DNA of 64,000 nucleotides from contig CAIOMD010000011.1 in assembly GCA_903859365.1 (NCBI GenBank), positions 17,467 through 81,466 of the forward strand, given 5' to 3'. How positions within the stretch are numbered: the first letter of the stretch is position 1; each line of letters starts with the position of its first letter. This stretch comes from an uncultured Candidatus Saccharibacteria bacterium (GTDB taxonomy: Bacteria; Patescibacteriota; Saccharimonadia; Saccharimonadales; CAIOMD01). Shown in pieces: positions 26,229-36,600 of this stretch. The notes beneath the pieces are model-generated. The model made no database searches, was not told the origin of the DNA, and was given only the letters and a program-made list of their open reading frames with translations. Position numbers and translations under genes: made by a program.

Positions 26229-26312
26229 TAATCTATCTCCTTTTGTTGTTTTCTCACGTGAAAATTCTTACTTATCCCCTCTATTTTACCTGTTGTAACG
26301 GATATGGCAAAC

Positions 26313-27344
26313 TTACATTTTTAGATTTGGTGCAATGGCCAGCGTATACGGATCTGCCGTTTCAGCGTAGTGCATTGCTTTGATGCAGCCGAGCGTGGCA
26401 ATCATCGCCCCGTTATCGGTGCATAAATCGATTGGAGCATAGTTGATAGCTATGGGGATAGCGGCCGAGAGCTGCGTGCGTAATTCTTGGTTAGCGGCAA
26501 CGCCACCGGCAATAACAACTGAAGCGGGCTGAAGTTCATTGAAAGCTTTTAGCGTTTTATCGACTACTGTTTTAATGGCAGTGTACTGAAAACTTGCGGC
26601 CAAATCTTTTTTTTGAGCTGCTGAGAGGCGCCCAGGCAATTCAAATGATGGAAGCCGATAGTCTGAACCTACTGCGGCTTGCGCGGCCCTTAAAACGGCT
26701 GTTTTGAGGCCAGAGAAGCTAAAATTATATGGACTATCAAGCTTTGCAATAGGAAAAGTGAAAGCGTGCGGGTTTCCATCAAGTGCTGCTTTTGCAACAG
26801 AAGGTCCGCCGGGGTAGGGGAGTCCAATGATTTTAGCAACTTTGTCGAAGGCTTCACCAATAGCGTCATCCATCGTTTGCCCCAAAAGATCGTAGTCGAA
26901 GTGGTTTCTGAAATATACAAGCTGGCTATGTCCACCGCTGACGATTAGTGATAAAAGAGGGAAGGTGGGCTGTGGATTCACCAGGAAGTTGGCATAGACG
27001 TGTCCCTCGACATGATTTATGGCGTATAACGGTTTATTTTTAATAATAGCGAGTGTTCTTGCGGTTAACACACCAACAAGAAGGCTCCCTGACAAACCCG
27101 CTCCATACGTAACGGCAATTCCATCAATATCGCCCCAATTACACCCACTTTCGGCAAAAACTTTCTTGATAACGGGAGTAATAAACTCAATGTGGCTACG
27201 TGCGGCAATCTCGGGAACGACACCACCAAAAGCAGCATGCAGATCCATAGAACTTGCCACCGATTGAGCCAGCAGGGTGGAACCATTTTCTACAATAGCT
27301 GCCGCCGTCTCGTCACAACTACTCTCTATACCAAGTATTTTCAT
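26313..27344 (-). CDS. tsaD: tRNA N6-adenosine threonylcarbamoyltransferase TsaD (Kae1/Gcp)
   Basis: MKILGIESSCDETAAAIV, HVEGHV and SGGHSQL motifs. Confidence 0.92.
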   Translation of the reverse strand: MKILGIESSCDETAAAIVENGSTLLAQSVASSMDLHAAFGGVVPEIAARSHIEFITPVIKKVFAESGCNWGDIDGIAVTYGAGLSGSLLVGVLTARTLAIIKNKPLYAINHVEGHVYANFLVNPQPTFPLLSLIVSGGHSQLVYFRNHFDYDLLGQTMDDAIGEAFDKVAKIIGLPYPGGPSVAKAALDGNPHAFTFPIAKLDSPYNFSFSGLKTAVLRAAQAAVGSDYRLPSFELPGRLSAAQKKDLAASFQYTAIKTVVDKTLKAFNELQPASVVIAGGVAANQELRTQLSAAIPIAINYAPIDLCTDNGAMIATLGCIKAMHYAETADPYTLAIAPNLKM

Positions 27345-27394
27345 ATCGAAAGTACTGTAACATAGCGCCTAAAAATAGGGTATTATGTGATGGT

Positions 27395-28693
27395 ATGAGT
27401 ATTGTAAAACGGGTAATTAAAACAGCTTTGCCAGCTTCAAAAAAAAGAGAATTTGAACAGGCCTACAGACTAAAAAAAGCCCTTTTTGCCACGAGAGTTT
27501 TTCGATCTCCCGCTTCAGGAATGCGAGTTATTGGCATTACTGGCACAAATGGCAAAACAACAACCTGTTCTTTTGTGAATGAAATTATTAAAAGTACCGG
27601 AAAGAGAACGGCGCTTTATACCACTGCCTACATCGAAATAGCTGGGAAAAAGATCCCAAACCGTAGCCATATGACCGTAGCCAGCGCTTGGTCTGTCCAG
27701 AAATTTTTTGCCGACGCGAAGCGAAAAAAAGTAGAATGGGTAATTCTTGAAATTACTTCGCACGCTCTTGACCAGTATCGAATTAATGGCGTACCACTTG
27801 AAATAGTAGCAATCACAAATTTGACTCAAGATCATTTAGATTATCACGGCACTATGGAGCAGTATGCCAATGCCAAGGCACGAATTATTACTGACTTCTC
27901 TCCCAAGGCAGTGGTGCTTAATGCAGACGATGAATGGTTTGGATTCTTTGCCAAAAAAGTTAAAAATAAACTTATTACAATTGGTGAGGGAAGTGCCAAT
28001 TATCAGATTAAAGATCTTAAGCTAAAAGCCTCTGGGATGAGCTTGAACCTTATTAGCGCCAAGGGCACATTACACCTCGAATCAAAAGCTGTTGGTCACT
28101 TCAATGCATTCAATATTGCTATGGCAGCAACTATTTGCCAGTCTATGGGCTGTAAAAGGGAAGCGATTGAGGCTGCCGTAGCTAATCTTCCAATTGTTCC
28201 AGGTAGAATGGAGCCCATTGACATGGGGCAAGACTTCGCTGTTCTAGTAGATTACGCACATACGCCTGATGCACTTGAAAATGTGCTTAAAGCAGCTCGT
28301 ACTATTTCGAGTGCTAACGTACGAATCGTATTTGGCGCAACCGGAGATCGCGATACCACCAAAAGAACTCCCATGGGTGAAGTTGCCGCAGAGTATGCCG
28401 ATTTTATTTATTTAACCGACGACGAAACATACTCAGAAAATGGGGATACAATCAGGGAAGCCGTCAAAAAGGGAATAGCAGCAAAAGGCGGACTCGATAA
28501 ATGTACTGAAATCGCTGAGCGAAGAGATGCAATCAAACGGGCTTTTTTGGAATCTAAAAAAGGGGATGTAGTTATCCTTGCAGGGATTGGTCATCAGGAT
28601 TATCGAGCGATGGGAGCTACCAAACTTGCTTGGGACGAACGAAACGTAGCCCGAGATGTTCTTAACGAAATAATTGACGAAAGGAAATCATGA
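27395..28693 (+). CDS. murE: Mur ligase, MurE-like (UDP-MurNAc-L-Ala-D-Glu--diamino acid ligase), short form
   Basis: The P-loop is GITGTNGKTTT, with the further motifs NLTQDHLDYHG and VDYAHTPDALENVL. The residues determining amino-acid specificity could not be judged. Confidence 0.7.
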   Translation: MSIVKRVIKTALPASKKREFEQAYRLKKALFATRVFRSPASGMRVIGITGTNGKTTTCSFVNEIIKSTGKRTALYTTAYIEIAGKKIPNRSHMTVASAWSVQKFFADAKRKKVEWVILEITSHALDQYRINGVPLEIVAITNLTQDHLDYHGTMEQYANAKARIITDFSPKAVVLNADDEWFGFFAKKVKNKLITIGEGSANYQIKDLKLKASGMSLNLISAKGTLHLESKAVGHFNAFNIAMAATICQSMGCKREAIEAAVANLPIVPGRMEPIDMGQDFAVLVDYAHTPDALENVLKAARTISSANVRIVFGATGDRDTTKRTPMGEVAAEYADFIYLTDDETYSENGDTIREAVKKGIAAKGGLDKCTEIAERRDAIKRAFLESKKGDVVILAGIGHQDYRAMGATKLAWDERNVARDVLNEIIDERKS

Positions 28694-29442
28694 AAAAATT
28701 AATAGCGTTTGACCTTGACGACACACTCGCTGTGACTAAGTCCCCAATCACTGATAGAATGGCAGAACTACTCGAGAAATTACTCGTTCACTATGATATT
28801 TGTGTAATCACTGGTGGATCCTTTGAACAAATCAAGAAACAGGTTGCTAGTCGTCTAGAGGTCGAAGACTTACTACTTAGAAAGTTGCATCTCATGCCAA
28901 CCTGCGGAACTCGATATTACCGTTTTAATGATTCAAAAAAAGAATGGGAACAACAATACGCAGAAGATTTATCTCCTGCTCAAAAGAAGAAAATTATAGA
29001 AACCCTTGAAGAAGCAGCCAAAACACTTGGACTTTGGCTTGAAAATCCTGCTGGAGAAATCATTGAAGACAGAGGTAGTCAAATTACGTATAGTGCGCTT
29101 GGCCAGCAGGCAACTCCAGAAGATAAGTATGCATGGGATCAGGATGGGACCAAAAAACATGCAATCAGAGATTATGCAGCAGAACGCCTTGATGACTTAG
29201 AAGTACGCGTAGGTGGAACGACTTCAGTTGACGTAACAACCATTGGCATAGATAAAGCCTACGGAATGAAGAAACTAATAGAAGCACTTGGTATTTCAAA
29301 AGAGGAAATACTTTTTATTGGCGACAAGCTTGAAGAGGGCGGGAATGATTATCCCGTGAAAGCATTTGGAATCGATACCATTGCCGTTGATGGCTGGCAG
29401 GATACAGCGTTGGCGCTCGAAGGAATTTTAGGCGTTTCTTAA
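28690..29442 (+). CDS. HAD-IIB family hydrolase (phosphomannomutase/Cof-like)
   Basis: Motif I is FDLDDTLA, with a cap region, and motif IV is GDKLEEGGNDYP. The start overlaps the murE stop (ATGA). Confidence 0.7.
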   Translation: MKKLIAFDLDDTLAVTKSPITDRMAELLEKLLVHYDICVITGGSFEQIKKQVASRLEVEDLLLRKLHLMPTCGTRYYRFNDSKKEWEQQYAEDLSPAQKKKIIETLEEAAKTLGLWLENPAGEIIEDRGSQITYSALGQQATPEDKYAWDQDGTKKHAIRDYAAERLDDLEVRVGGTTSVDVTTIGIDKAYGMKKLIEALGISKEEILFIGDKLEEGGNDYPVKAFGIDTIAVDGWQDTALALEGILGVS

Positions 29443-29445
29443 GTC

Positions 29446-29474
29446 TTGACACTCAAGCGAGCAGTTTCTACTAT
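29446..29474 (+). promoter_or_regulatory. Candidate sigma-70-type promoter of groES-groEL
   Basis: TTGACA-N17-TACTAT, 11 nt upstream of the CIRCE element. Confidence 0.6.
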
Positions 29475-29484
29475 AGGAAGTAAA

Positions 29485-29511
29485 TTAGCACTCTAGCTAT
29501 CTAAGTGCTAA
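29485..29511 (+). promoter_or_regulatory. CIRCE operator (HrcA binding site)
   Basis: TTAGCACTC-N9-AAGTGCTAA matches the consensus TTAGCACTC-N9-GAGTGCTAA at 17 of 18 positions, 28 nt upstream of the groES ATG. Confidence 0.85.
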
Positions 29512-29538
29512 TTCTAAAATTAATAATGGAGGTTTGAG

Positions 29539-29805
29539 ATGGCATTAAATATACAACCACTGGCAGACAATGTTGTTGCCGAACAAGATGCTGCCGAAAT
29601 GAAAACGGCAAGTGGAATTTTTCTTTCAGCGCAAGCTGCTGAAAAACCTAAGACTGCAAAGGTGCTTGCCGTTGGAAGTAAAGTTACATCAGTTAAAAAG
29701 GGTGACCGTATTCTTTATAAGAGTTATAGCACCACAGATGTGCGACTTGATGGATCAGACTACATCCTTCTCAAAGAAGAAGATATTTTAGCAACAGTTA
29801 ACTAG
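29539..29805 (+). CDS. groES: Co-chaperonin GroES
   Basis: IQPLADNVV, SGIFL...KP and GDRILY motifs. A GGAGG SD lies upstream. Confidence 0.95.
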   Translation: MALNIQPLADNVVAEQDAAEMKTASGIFLSAQAAEKPKTAKVLAVGSKVTSVKKGDRILYKSYSTTDVRLDGSDYILLKEEDILATVN

Positions 29806-29823
29806 ATAAAACGAGGAACAACT

Positions 29824-31458
29824 ATGGCAAAAAAAGTTTTTTATGATGATGATGCTCGTCGACGCGTACTTGGTGGAGCAGAAATACTTTATAGTGCAGT
29901 AAAAACTACGATGGGTCCAAGGGGACGTAACGTTGTGGTCGGGAAGAGTTACGGTACTCCAAGCGTCACGCATGATGGTGTGACGGTTGCAAAAGCAGTA
30001 GAAATTCTAGATGTTGATGATGACACACTTGGTTATAAAGTGGGTGCTGAACTCATAAAACAAGCAGCTAACAAAATGAATGATGTAGCGGGAGATGGAA
30101 CAACTACTGTTACCGTTTTAACCTATCACTTGCTTAATGAGGCTAATAAACTCATCGCAGCAGGACATAATCCAATGCAGCTAAGGAAGGGACTTGAAGC
30201 AGCGACCGATCAAGCACTTGCTAAACTTGCTACCCTATCAGAGCCCATTGAAGGCAATAAGAAACGTGTTGCAGAAGTGGCGACCATTAGCGCCGGTGAT
30301 AGTGAAATTGGCAGCCTGATTGCTGAAGTGATTGAGAAGGTTGGAAAAGATGGCGTTGTAACCGTAGAGGAAGGACAGGGATTGAAGCTTGAAAGTGAAG
30401 TTGTTGAAGGTTTTACGATCGATAAAGGTTTTGTGAGTCCCTATTTTGTGACTGACCCAGCTCGCATGGAAGCGATTTATAGCAAACCGGCAATTGTGGT
30501 TACTGACAAAAAATTAAATTCAACCCAAGATTTTCTTCCGCTGCTGGAAAAACTTGCGCAAGCTGGCAAGAAAGATTTAGTACTTATTGCTGAAGATGTT
30601 GATGGTGAAGCGCTGACAACACTGGTTTTGAATAAACTCAAAGGGGTGTTCAATACGGTTGCAATCAAAGCGCCGGCCTTTGGTGATCGCCGCAAGGATA
30701 TTCTGCAAGATATTGCTATTTTGACTGGTGCTCAGATAATTAGTGGAGACCAAGGTGACGATTTCGACAGTGTTGATCTTTCATTTGTTGGCTCAGCTCG
30801 AAAAGTAATTGTCACGAATGATCAAACTACTATTATTGAGGGTAGCGGCAATCCGGTCGAAATTACTGCTCGAATAAAACAGATCAAAGCGCAATCTGAA
30901 TCTGCTAATTCGGATTACGAGAAAGAACATCTACAAAAGAGAAGAGCTGCTCTCGCAGGAAAGGTTGCTGTTATTAAAGTTGGGGGAGCAACTGAAACTG
31001 AAATTGAAGAAAAGAAATATCGAGTTGATGATGCCGTAGCTGCAGTTAAGGCAGCACTTAGTGAGGGAATAGTTCCTGGTGGCGGAGTGAGCCTTATAAA
31101 TATCGCAGATGCTATTACTATTAGTGGAGACGATACCCTCAAAGCAGGTGGTCAATTACTTAAAAATGCACTCGATCAACCATTTAGGATTCTACTTAGT
31201 AATGCTGGTCTCAACCCCGACGAATGGCTACCTAAAATTCGTTCAGGCAAAGCAGGCCACGGAGTTGACGTGAATGATGCAAGTCAACTTATCGATTTAA
31301 AAAAGGCTGGTATCATTGATCCTTCGCGTGTCACTAAAGAAGCACTTCAGAATGCAGCATCTATAGCGGGTACTGCTATGACAATGGGAGCACTCGTCGT
31401 TGATATTCCCGAAAAAACAACTTCCACGCCAGACATGAGTGGTATGGGAATGATGTAA
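29824..31458 (+). CDS. groEL: Chaperonin GroEL
   Basis: AGDGTTTVTVL, the overall 544-aa architecture and the C-terminal GMGMM tail. Confidence 0.97.
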   Translation: MAKKVFYDDDARRRVLGGAEILYSAVKTTMGPRGRNVVVGKSYGTPSVTHDGVTVAKAVEILDVDDDTLGYKVGAELIKQAANKMNDVAGDGTTTVTVLTYHLLNEANKLIAAGHNPMQLRKGLEAATDQALAKLATLSEPIEGNKKRVAEVATISAGDSEIGSLIAEVIEKVGKDGVVTVEEGQGLKLESEVVEGFTIDKGFVSPYFVTDPARMEAIYSKPAIVVTDKKLNSTQDFLPLLEKLAQAGKKDLVLIAEDVDGEALTTLVLNKLKGVFNTVAIKAPAFGDRRKDILQDIAILTGAQIISGDQGDDFDSVDLSFVGSARKVIVTNDQTTIIEGSGNPVEITARIKQIKAQSESANSDYEKEHLQKRRAALAGKVAVIKVGGATETEIEEKKYRVDDAVAAVKAALSEGIVPGGGVSLINIADAITISGDDTLKAGGQLLKNALDQPFRILLSNAGLNPDEWLPKIRSGKAGHGVDVNDASQLIDLKKAGIIDPSRVTKEALQNAASIAGTAMTMGALVVDIPEKTTSTPDMSGMGMM

Positions 31459-31474
31459 CAAAAAGTATTTAAAC

Positions 31475-31505
31475 AAAAAAGGGACTCCTCGTGAGTCCCT
31501 TTTTT
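31475..31505. terminator. Bidirectional rho-independent terminator after groEL and the convergent ORF
   Basis: AAAAAA-GGGACTC-CTCGT-GAGTCCC-TTTTTT. Confidence 0.8.
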
Positions 31506-31520
31506 GTTTAGCAAGTATAA

Positions 31521-32021
31521 TTATTTGTTTTGCATAAAATAGTTAATTTCATTAATCACATCTAAAAGTGCTTGTGCTCGTGTATTTTCATCCGTTATTT
31601 CGTGCGCCGTGTTGTATGCCATAGGAACGAGTGCTTGATCATCAGAAGCCTGAATCATCATCATAAGAGTCTTAAACTTTTCTTCTGGGGGCAGATTAAG
31701 CTGACCAACTAGCGGAGACAATTCTTTTAACGCTTCTTTTTTGATATCCAGCAAATCTTTGCCAACTCCTGGCGCTTCGGTAGAAGTTTCTGGGTTATCG
31801 AACATCGGTGTTCCATCATCTCCTATTGAAGGTGCGGCAAGCGATTCTGCGTCATCATTGACAACAGGCTGCGCGAATTGAGGGGGTGCTGGCATTGCGG
31901 GAGGTGGAGCTGCTGGCATAATCGTTTGCCCTACAGTGTTCCCGCTCGGCTGATTAGTTTGTGCTGGCATTATAGTGCCGGGTTGTTGAGCCACAGTTTG
32001 GCCCGTTGTTTGATCGAACAT
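31521..32021 (-). CDS. Hypothetical protein with a Pro/Gln/Thr-rich N-terminal half and a helical C-terminal domain
   Basis: 166-aa ORF between two well-supported genes. No motif recognised. Confidence 0.45.
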   Translation of the reverse strand: MFDQTTGQTVAQQPGTIMPAQTNQPSGNTVGQTIMPAAPPPAMPAPPQFAQPVVNDDAESLAAPSIGDDGTPMFDNPETSTEAPGVGKDLLDIKKEALKELSPLVGQLNLPPEEKFKTLMMMIQASDDQALVPMAYNTAHEITDENTRAQALLDVINEINYFMQNK

Positions 32022-32157
32022 GCCACCCCCATTACGATTTTTTATTGATTAATTCTACAATAACATAAGCTTATTAAATAAATAAAGCTTGATACGGCTT
32101 ATTTTGTTAAAATAGTAGTTACTAAAGATTAGTATTAATCATAAATAAAGGAGCCCT

Positions 32158-33186
32158 ATGCTAGATGATGTTGTAATGATTCATGAACGTGATGCTCAGG
32201 ATTCGCTTGGTATTGCTGAAAAACAGTGGCAGCAGCTTTTGGTAGACTTCGATATTGAAAAAATGAGTACTAAGCCTGCAAATATTGTATTTGCTGGCAT
32301 GGGCGGATCAGCGCTCGGGGCATTACTTGCTTCAACTTGGCCAGGTTTTGAAATTCCATTTGAAATTGTAAGAAACTATTCAATTCCTAACTATGTCAGT
32401 AGCGCAACCTTATTTGTTGCATCAAGCTATTCAGGAAATACAGAGGAAACGCTTTCCGCTCTTGAGCAGGCTGAAAAAACAGGCGCGCAGATAGTGGTTA
32501 TAGCTGGAGGTGGAAAACTAGTAGAGATCGCCCGTGAAAAAAAATATCCACTTGCAGTTTTACCCGCAGTGACGCAACCGCGATATGCTGTTTTGTATAG
32601 CTTCAGGGCATTCCTAAGCGTGCTTGTTGCTGCGCAACTACTCGATGAAGAGCAGATGAGAGCAGAGGTGCAAAAAGCGAGTGATTTTCTTAAGGCACAA
32701 ACAGGCCTCTGGGCACCAACTATCGAAACCGCCAAAAACCCGGCTAAGAAACTTGCGCTTGATCTCGTTGGCAAATCTATCGTCGTCTATGGGGGGCCAT
32801 TGACATACCCAGCCGCCTATAAGTGGAAGATAAGTTTTAACGAGAACGCAAAAAATATTGCCTGGGTAAATCAGTTTCCAGAATTCAACCATAATGAATT
32901 CCTCGGTTGGACTAGTCATCCTCTCGACAAACCGTATGCAGTTATTGATTTACGTTCATCATTTGAGCACCCACAAATACAAAAACGTTTTGAAGTAAGT
33001 GCAAAGTTACTCAGTGGTAAACGACCAGCACCTCACACTGTGCAAGCAGAAGGTGAATCGATGTTAGAGCAGCTACTATGGCTTGTAGCCATGGGGGATT
33101 TTGTCAGCCTTTACCTTGCCCTATTGAATGGCCTCAATCCAACACCCGTTGATTTAATTGAAAAATTCAAAAAAGAACTCATATAA
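32158..33186 (+). CDS. Bifunctional phosphoglucose/phosphomannose isomerase family protein (SIS domains)
   Basis: The SIS motifs are GMGGSALG and ASSYSGNTEETL. The length and C-terminal region resemble archaeal-type PGI/PMI. Confidence 0.7.
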   Translation: MLDDVVMIHERDAQDSLGIAEKQWQQLLVDFDIEKMSTKPANIVFAGMGGSALGALLASTWPGFEIPFEIVRNYSIPNYVSSATLFVASSYSGNTEETLSALEQAEKTGAQIVVIAGGGKLVEIAREKKYPLAVLPAVTQPRYAVLYSFRAFLSVLVAAQLLDEEQMRAEVQKASDFLKAQTGLWAPTIETAKNPAKKLALDLVGKSIVVYGGPLTYPAAYKWKISFNENAKNIAWVNQFPEFNHNEFLGWTSHPLDKPYAVIDLRSSFEHPQIQKRFEVSAKLLSGKRPAPHTVQAEGESMLEQLLWLVAMGDFVSLYLALLNGLNPTPVDLIEKFKKELI

Positions 33187-33235
33187 TTTTTATTTATTAG
33201 TCCAGCTTCGCTATACTTAGAACCAATTGGTATCT

Positions 33236-33325
33236 GGAGGGGTCGCCTAGTGGCCTATGGCGCTCGCTTGGAAAGCGGGTTGGGGCGTGAGTCCCTCGAG
33301 AGTTCGAATCTCTCTCCCTCCGCCA
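33236..33325 (+). tRNA. tRNA-Ser (anticodon GGA), 90 nt, CCA encoded
   Basis: Acceptor GGAGGGG/TCCCTCC, anticodon stem CTCGC/GCGGG with loop TTGGAAA, a long variable arm and T arm GAGAG-TTCGAAT-CTCTC. Confidence 0.9.
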
Positions 33326-33373
33326 ATTCCTCAATTTCGTTATAAACAGTTATAGATGATACAATTTTAAGAT

Positions 33374-35044
33374 ATGGACAATGTAGTTTCATCTCTTGAA
33401 AAAATACTAAAAGATACCTTTGAAGTTGATGAAAGGGTGTTTTTTTCTGTTCCAGATTTTGAGTTCGGTGATGCTACCACTAACTGCGCAATGCAATTAT
33501 CCAAAACACTAAAAAAAGCTCCTCGCGTTATTGCAGAAAAAATTGTGGAAACCCTAGAAGAGGAGAATCCGAGCTGGTTTTCGTCAGCCAAAGTTGAAGG
33601 ACCTGGTTTCATAAACATAGTATTCAAAGATAATTTTTTGTTTTCTTTTATAAATCATAAGCAGCAAGCTATTGCTGCAAGTGAATCTTATGTGCTGGAG
33701 TATTCATGTCCAAATGCCTTCAAGGAACTCCACGCCGGTCACCTCTATCAAACGGTAGCTGGTGACAGTATTGCTAAATTATTAGAATTTGTTGGCGCTA
33801 AAGTAGAGCGTACAAATTTTGGTGGTGATGTTGGGCTTCACGTTGCGAAAGCAATGTGGGGTATTCAAGAAGCATTACATAGTGAAATAAAACTCGATGC
33901 CATTGAGCCTCATCAGCGACCTAACTTTTTGTCTAAAGCGTATGTTTCGGGAGCGGCGGCTTATGAAGAAAATGAAACCGCAAAGAATGAAATAGAGATG
34001 ATTAATAAAAAAATCTATGCGCTACATGATAATAATGACCATGAATCAGCTTTTGCAATCACTTATTGGACGTGCCGTCAGTGGAGCTACGATTATTTTG
34101 ATGAATTTTATAAAAAAATTAAAGTTGCTCCATTTCGTTTTTATGCCGAGAGCGAGACAGCGCCAGTTGGCATGCAACTGATCGAAAAAGGAAAAAAACA
34201 AGGTATCTTTGTGGAATCAGAAGGCGCGATAGTCTATCACGGAGAGCAGCAAGGACTACATACTCGTGTTTTTGTCACCAAAACAGGGCTTCCAACCTAC
34301 GAAACAAAGGATTTAGGGGTTATTTATAAAGAATTTGAGGATTATCATTTTAGTAAGCGGATCTTAATTACTGGGCGTGATCAAACAGAATATATGCGGG
34401 TTGTTTTTGCCGCAGCCGAACAAGTTATGCCAGAAACGAAGAATAAGATGCTGCATATAACCAATGGCATTATCAAGTTTGCCAGTGGTGAGAAAATGAG
34501 CTCGCGACTTGGCAATGTAACAACTGCTAATGATGTTTTTGAAACGGTTTACGCAAATACACCATCGGAAAGCCCGGAGTCTACCAGAACTTCACTAGCG
34601 CTAAGTGCAATAAAATACAGCTTACTAAAACAGCGGCTAGGTTCCGACGTCGCTTTTGATATTGAAAATTCTGTAAGTCTGCTGGGTAATAGTGGCCCAT
34701 ACCTTCAGTACGCACTAGTACGTGCCTATAGTATTCTTGAAAAAGCACACTATACCGTAGCTGAAGATTTCGAAATTAGTTCGTTAGAATCTGGTGAGCG
34801 GCGACTCGTGCATCAGCTAGCAAAGTTTAGAGAAGTCATCTCTTCCGCAGCACTAACTTATGCGCCCCATGCTCTTTGTACCTATCTTTACGAAACAGCA
34901 ACTGCCTTCAATGTTTTTTACGAACAAAACCGAGTTATTGGTGATAATCGGAGTGCGGTTCGACTAAAAATAGTGTTTGAGTACATGAAAATACTAGAGA
35001 CAGGGCTCACATTACTCGGTATTGATACGATAACAAAAATGTAA
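33374..35044 (+). CDS. argS: Arginine--tRNA ligase
   Basis: The class I HIGH variant is ELHAGH and the KMSK-like motif is EKMSSRLGN. It has a DALR-type C-terminal domain ending in M and an N-terminal ArgRS add-on domain. Confidence 0.85.
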   Translation: MDNVVSSLEKILKDTFEVDERVFFSVPDFEFGDATTNCAMQLSKTLKKAPRVIAEKIVETLEEENPSWFSSAKVEGPGFINIVFKDNFLFSFINHKQQAIAASESYVLEYSCPNAFKELHAGHLYQTVAGDSIAKLLEFVGAKVERTNFGGDVGLHVAKAMWGIQEALHSEIKLDAIEPHQRPNFLSKAYVSGAAAYEENETAKNEIEMINKKIYALHDNNDHESAFAITYWTCRQWSYDYFDEFYKKIKVAPFRFYAESETAPVGMQLIEKGKKQGIFVESEGAIVYHGEQQGLHTRVFVTKTGLPTYETKDLGVIYKEFEDYHFSKRILITGRDQTEYMRVVFAAAEQVMPETKNKMLHITNGIIKFASGEKMSSRLGNVTTANDVFETVYANTPSESPESTRTSLALSAIKYSLLKQRLGSDVAFDIENSVSLLGNSGPYLQYALVRAYSILEKAHYTVAEDFEISSLESGERRLVHQLAKFREVISSAALTYAPHALCTYLYETATAFNVFYEQNRVIGDNRSAVRLKIVFEYMKILETGLTLLGIDTITKM

Positions 35045-35066
35045 CTATGAATGTGATCGAAAAAAA

Positions 35067-36575
35067 ATGAAAACTATACCAAAAACAGCACTCATCCTTT
35101 TTCCTAACCAACTTTTCGACCCAGAGCATTTACCCGAGGCAGATATTGTTTATCTACTCGAAGAGCCATCTTTTTTTGGTATTTCACCCAATAGACCAAT
35201 TAAATTTCATAAACAAAAATTAGTAATGCACCGAGCAAGTATCCGCAGCTACAGGGATGAACTATCAAAAATAAACATTCCAGTAGAGCTAGTTGAATTA
35301 CCCGAACTACTTGACGTCACTTCGTTTATCGTTACGCTCGCCAACAAGGGAATGCAACACATTAAAATATTCGATGTGACTGACCATCGGCTGGAAGAAA
35401 GTATTTATGATGCCGTTCATTATGTTAAGAGTGATTCATTCGAAATTGAGACGGTGACTTCACCGGGTTTTATTTTAGATAAGCGTGAAGTATTCGCATA
35501 TTTTTCAAATAAAACATCCTACTCATTCCAGGATTTTTATTCCCTACAGCGCAAATCTCTTAATTTACTCATGGATAAACACAACAAACCAATTGGTGGC
35601 AGGTGGAGCTTTGATACAGAAAACAGAAAAAAGCTACCAAAAGGGGTGACTGTCCCAGCTGAGCCTGTACCGCTGACAAGTTCGTATGTCGAGGAAGCTA
35701 AAACCTGGGTAGAACATCACCACGCAGATAATCCTGGAGATATGGAGACATTTATGTGGCCAACAACCAGAGCAGAAGCCAAAATACTATTGCAAAACTT
35801 TTTAGAAGAACGTTTAGAAAATTTTGGACCTTATGAAGATGCAATTGAGCAGGATTCAGTTTTACTTTTTCACTCAGGCATTTCTGCTCCGTTGAATATT
35901 GGATTATTAAATCCGAGAGAAGTCATCGCTGCACTCAATGAGTTTACTCAAAAACATCAGACATCACTTGCGAGTACCGAAGCTTTCATTAGGCAAGTGG
36001 TGGGGTGGCGAGAATACGTGCGAGGTATATACGATTGTAGAGCAAAGGAACTTGTTGAAGGGAATAGGCTTGGCCACTACAGGAAAATGAACGAAGCGTG
36101 GTGGATAGGAACTACCGGCATCCCTCCCGTTGATATGGCAATAAAAAAAGCACAAAAATACGCATACACTCATCACATTGAGCGACTTATGATTCTGGGG
36201 AATGCTATGCTACTGAGCGAAATTGATCCTGCTGAAGTCAATAATTGGTTCATGGCTTTTTTTATCGATGCTTATGAATGGGTAATGCTACCTAATGTTT
36301 TTGGAATGAGCCAATACGCCAGTGGATCAATTATGACAACGAAACCATATATTGGCGGAAGCAATTATATACTTAAAATGAGTCATTTTGAAAAAGGGCC
36401 GTGGACTGAAACTATGGATGGATTGTATTGGCAGTTTGTTGATAAACATAAGCAATTACTCAGTACGAATCCTCGGACTAGTATGATGGTGAGCTTGCTA
36501 AAAAAAATGCCTATTCCAAGAAAAAATGCCCTCTTTTTAAAAGCAACTGCCTTCAAAAAACAAACTACAAAATAG
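35067..36575 (+). CDS. Cryptochrome/photolyase-related protein (COG3046-type, FeS-BCP/CryB-like)
   Basis: 502 aa. LILFPNQLF at the N-terminus, and GWREYVRG and HHIERLMILGN in the FAD-binding half, are typical of this family. Confidence 0.7.
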   Translation: MKTIPKTALILFPNQLFDPEHLPEADIVYLLEEPSFFGISPNRPIKFHKQKLVMHRASIRSYRDELSKINIPVELVELPELLDVTSFIVTLANKGMQHIKIFDVTDHRLEESIYDAVHYVKSDSFEIETVTSPGFILDKREVFAYFSNKTSYSFQDFYSLQRKSLNLLMDKHNKPIGGRWSFDTENRKKLPKGVTVPAEPVPLTSSYVEEAKTWVEHHHADNPGDMETFMWPTTRAEAKILLQNFLEERLENFGPYEDAIEQDSVLLFHSGISAPLNIGLLNPREVIAALNEFTQKHQTSLASTEAFIRQVVGWREYVRGIYDCRAKELVEGNRLGHYRKMNEAWWIGTTGIPPVDMAIKKAQKYAYTHHIERLMILGNAMLLSEIDPAEVNNWFMAFFIDAYEWVMLPNVFGMSQYASGSIMTTKPYIGGSNYILKMSHFEKGPWTETMDGLYWQFVDKHKQLLSTNPRTSMMVSLLKKMPIPRKNALFLKATAFKKQTTK

Positions 36576-36600
36576 GCGAGTATATAGATATAATAAAAAT

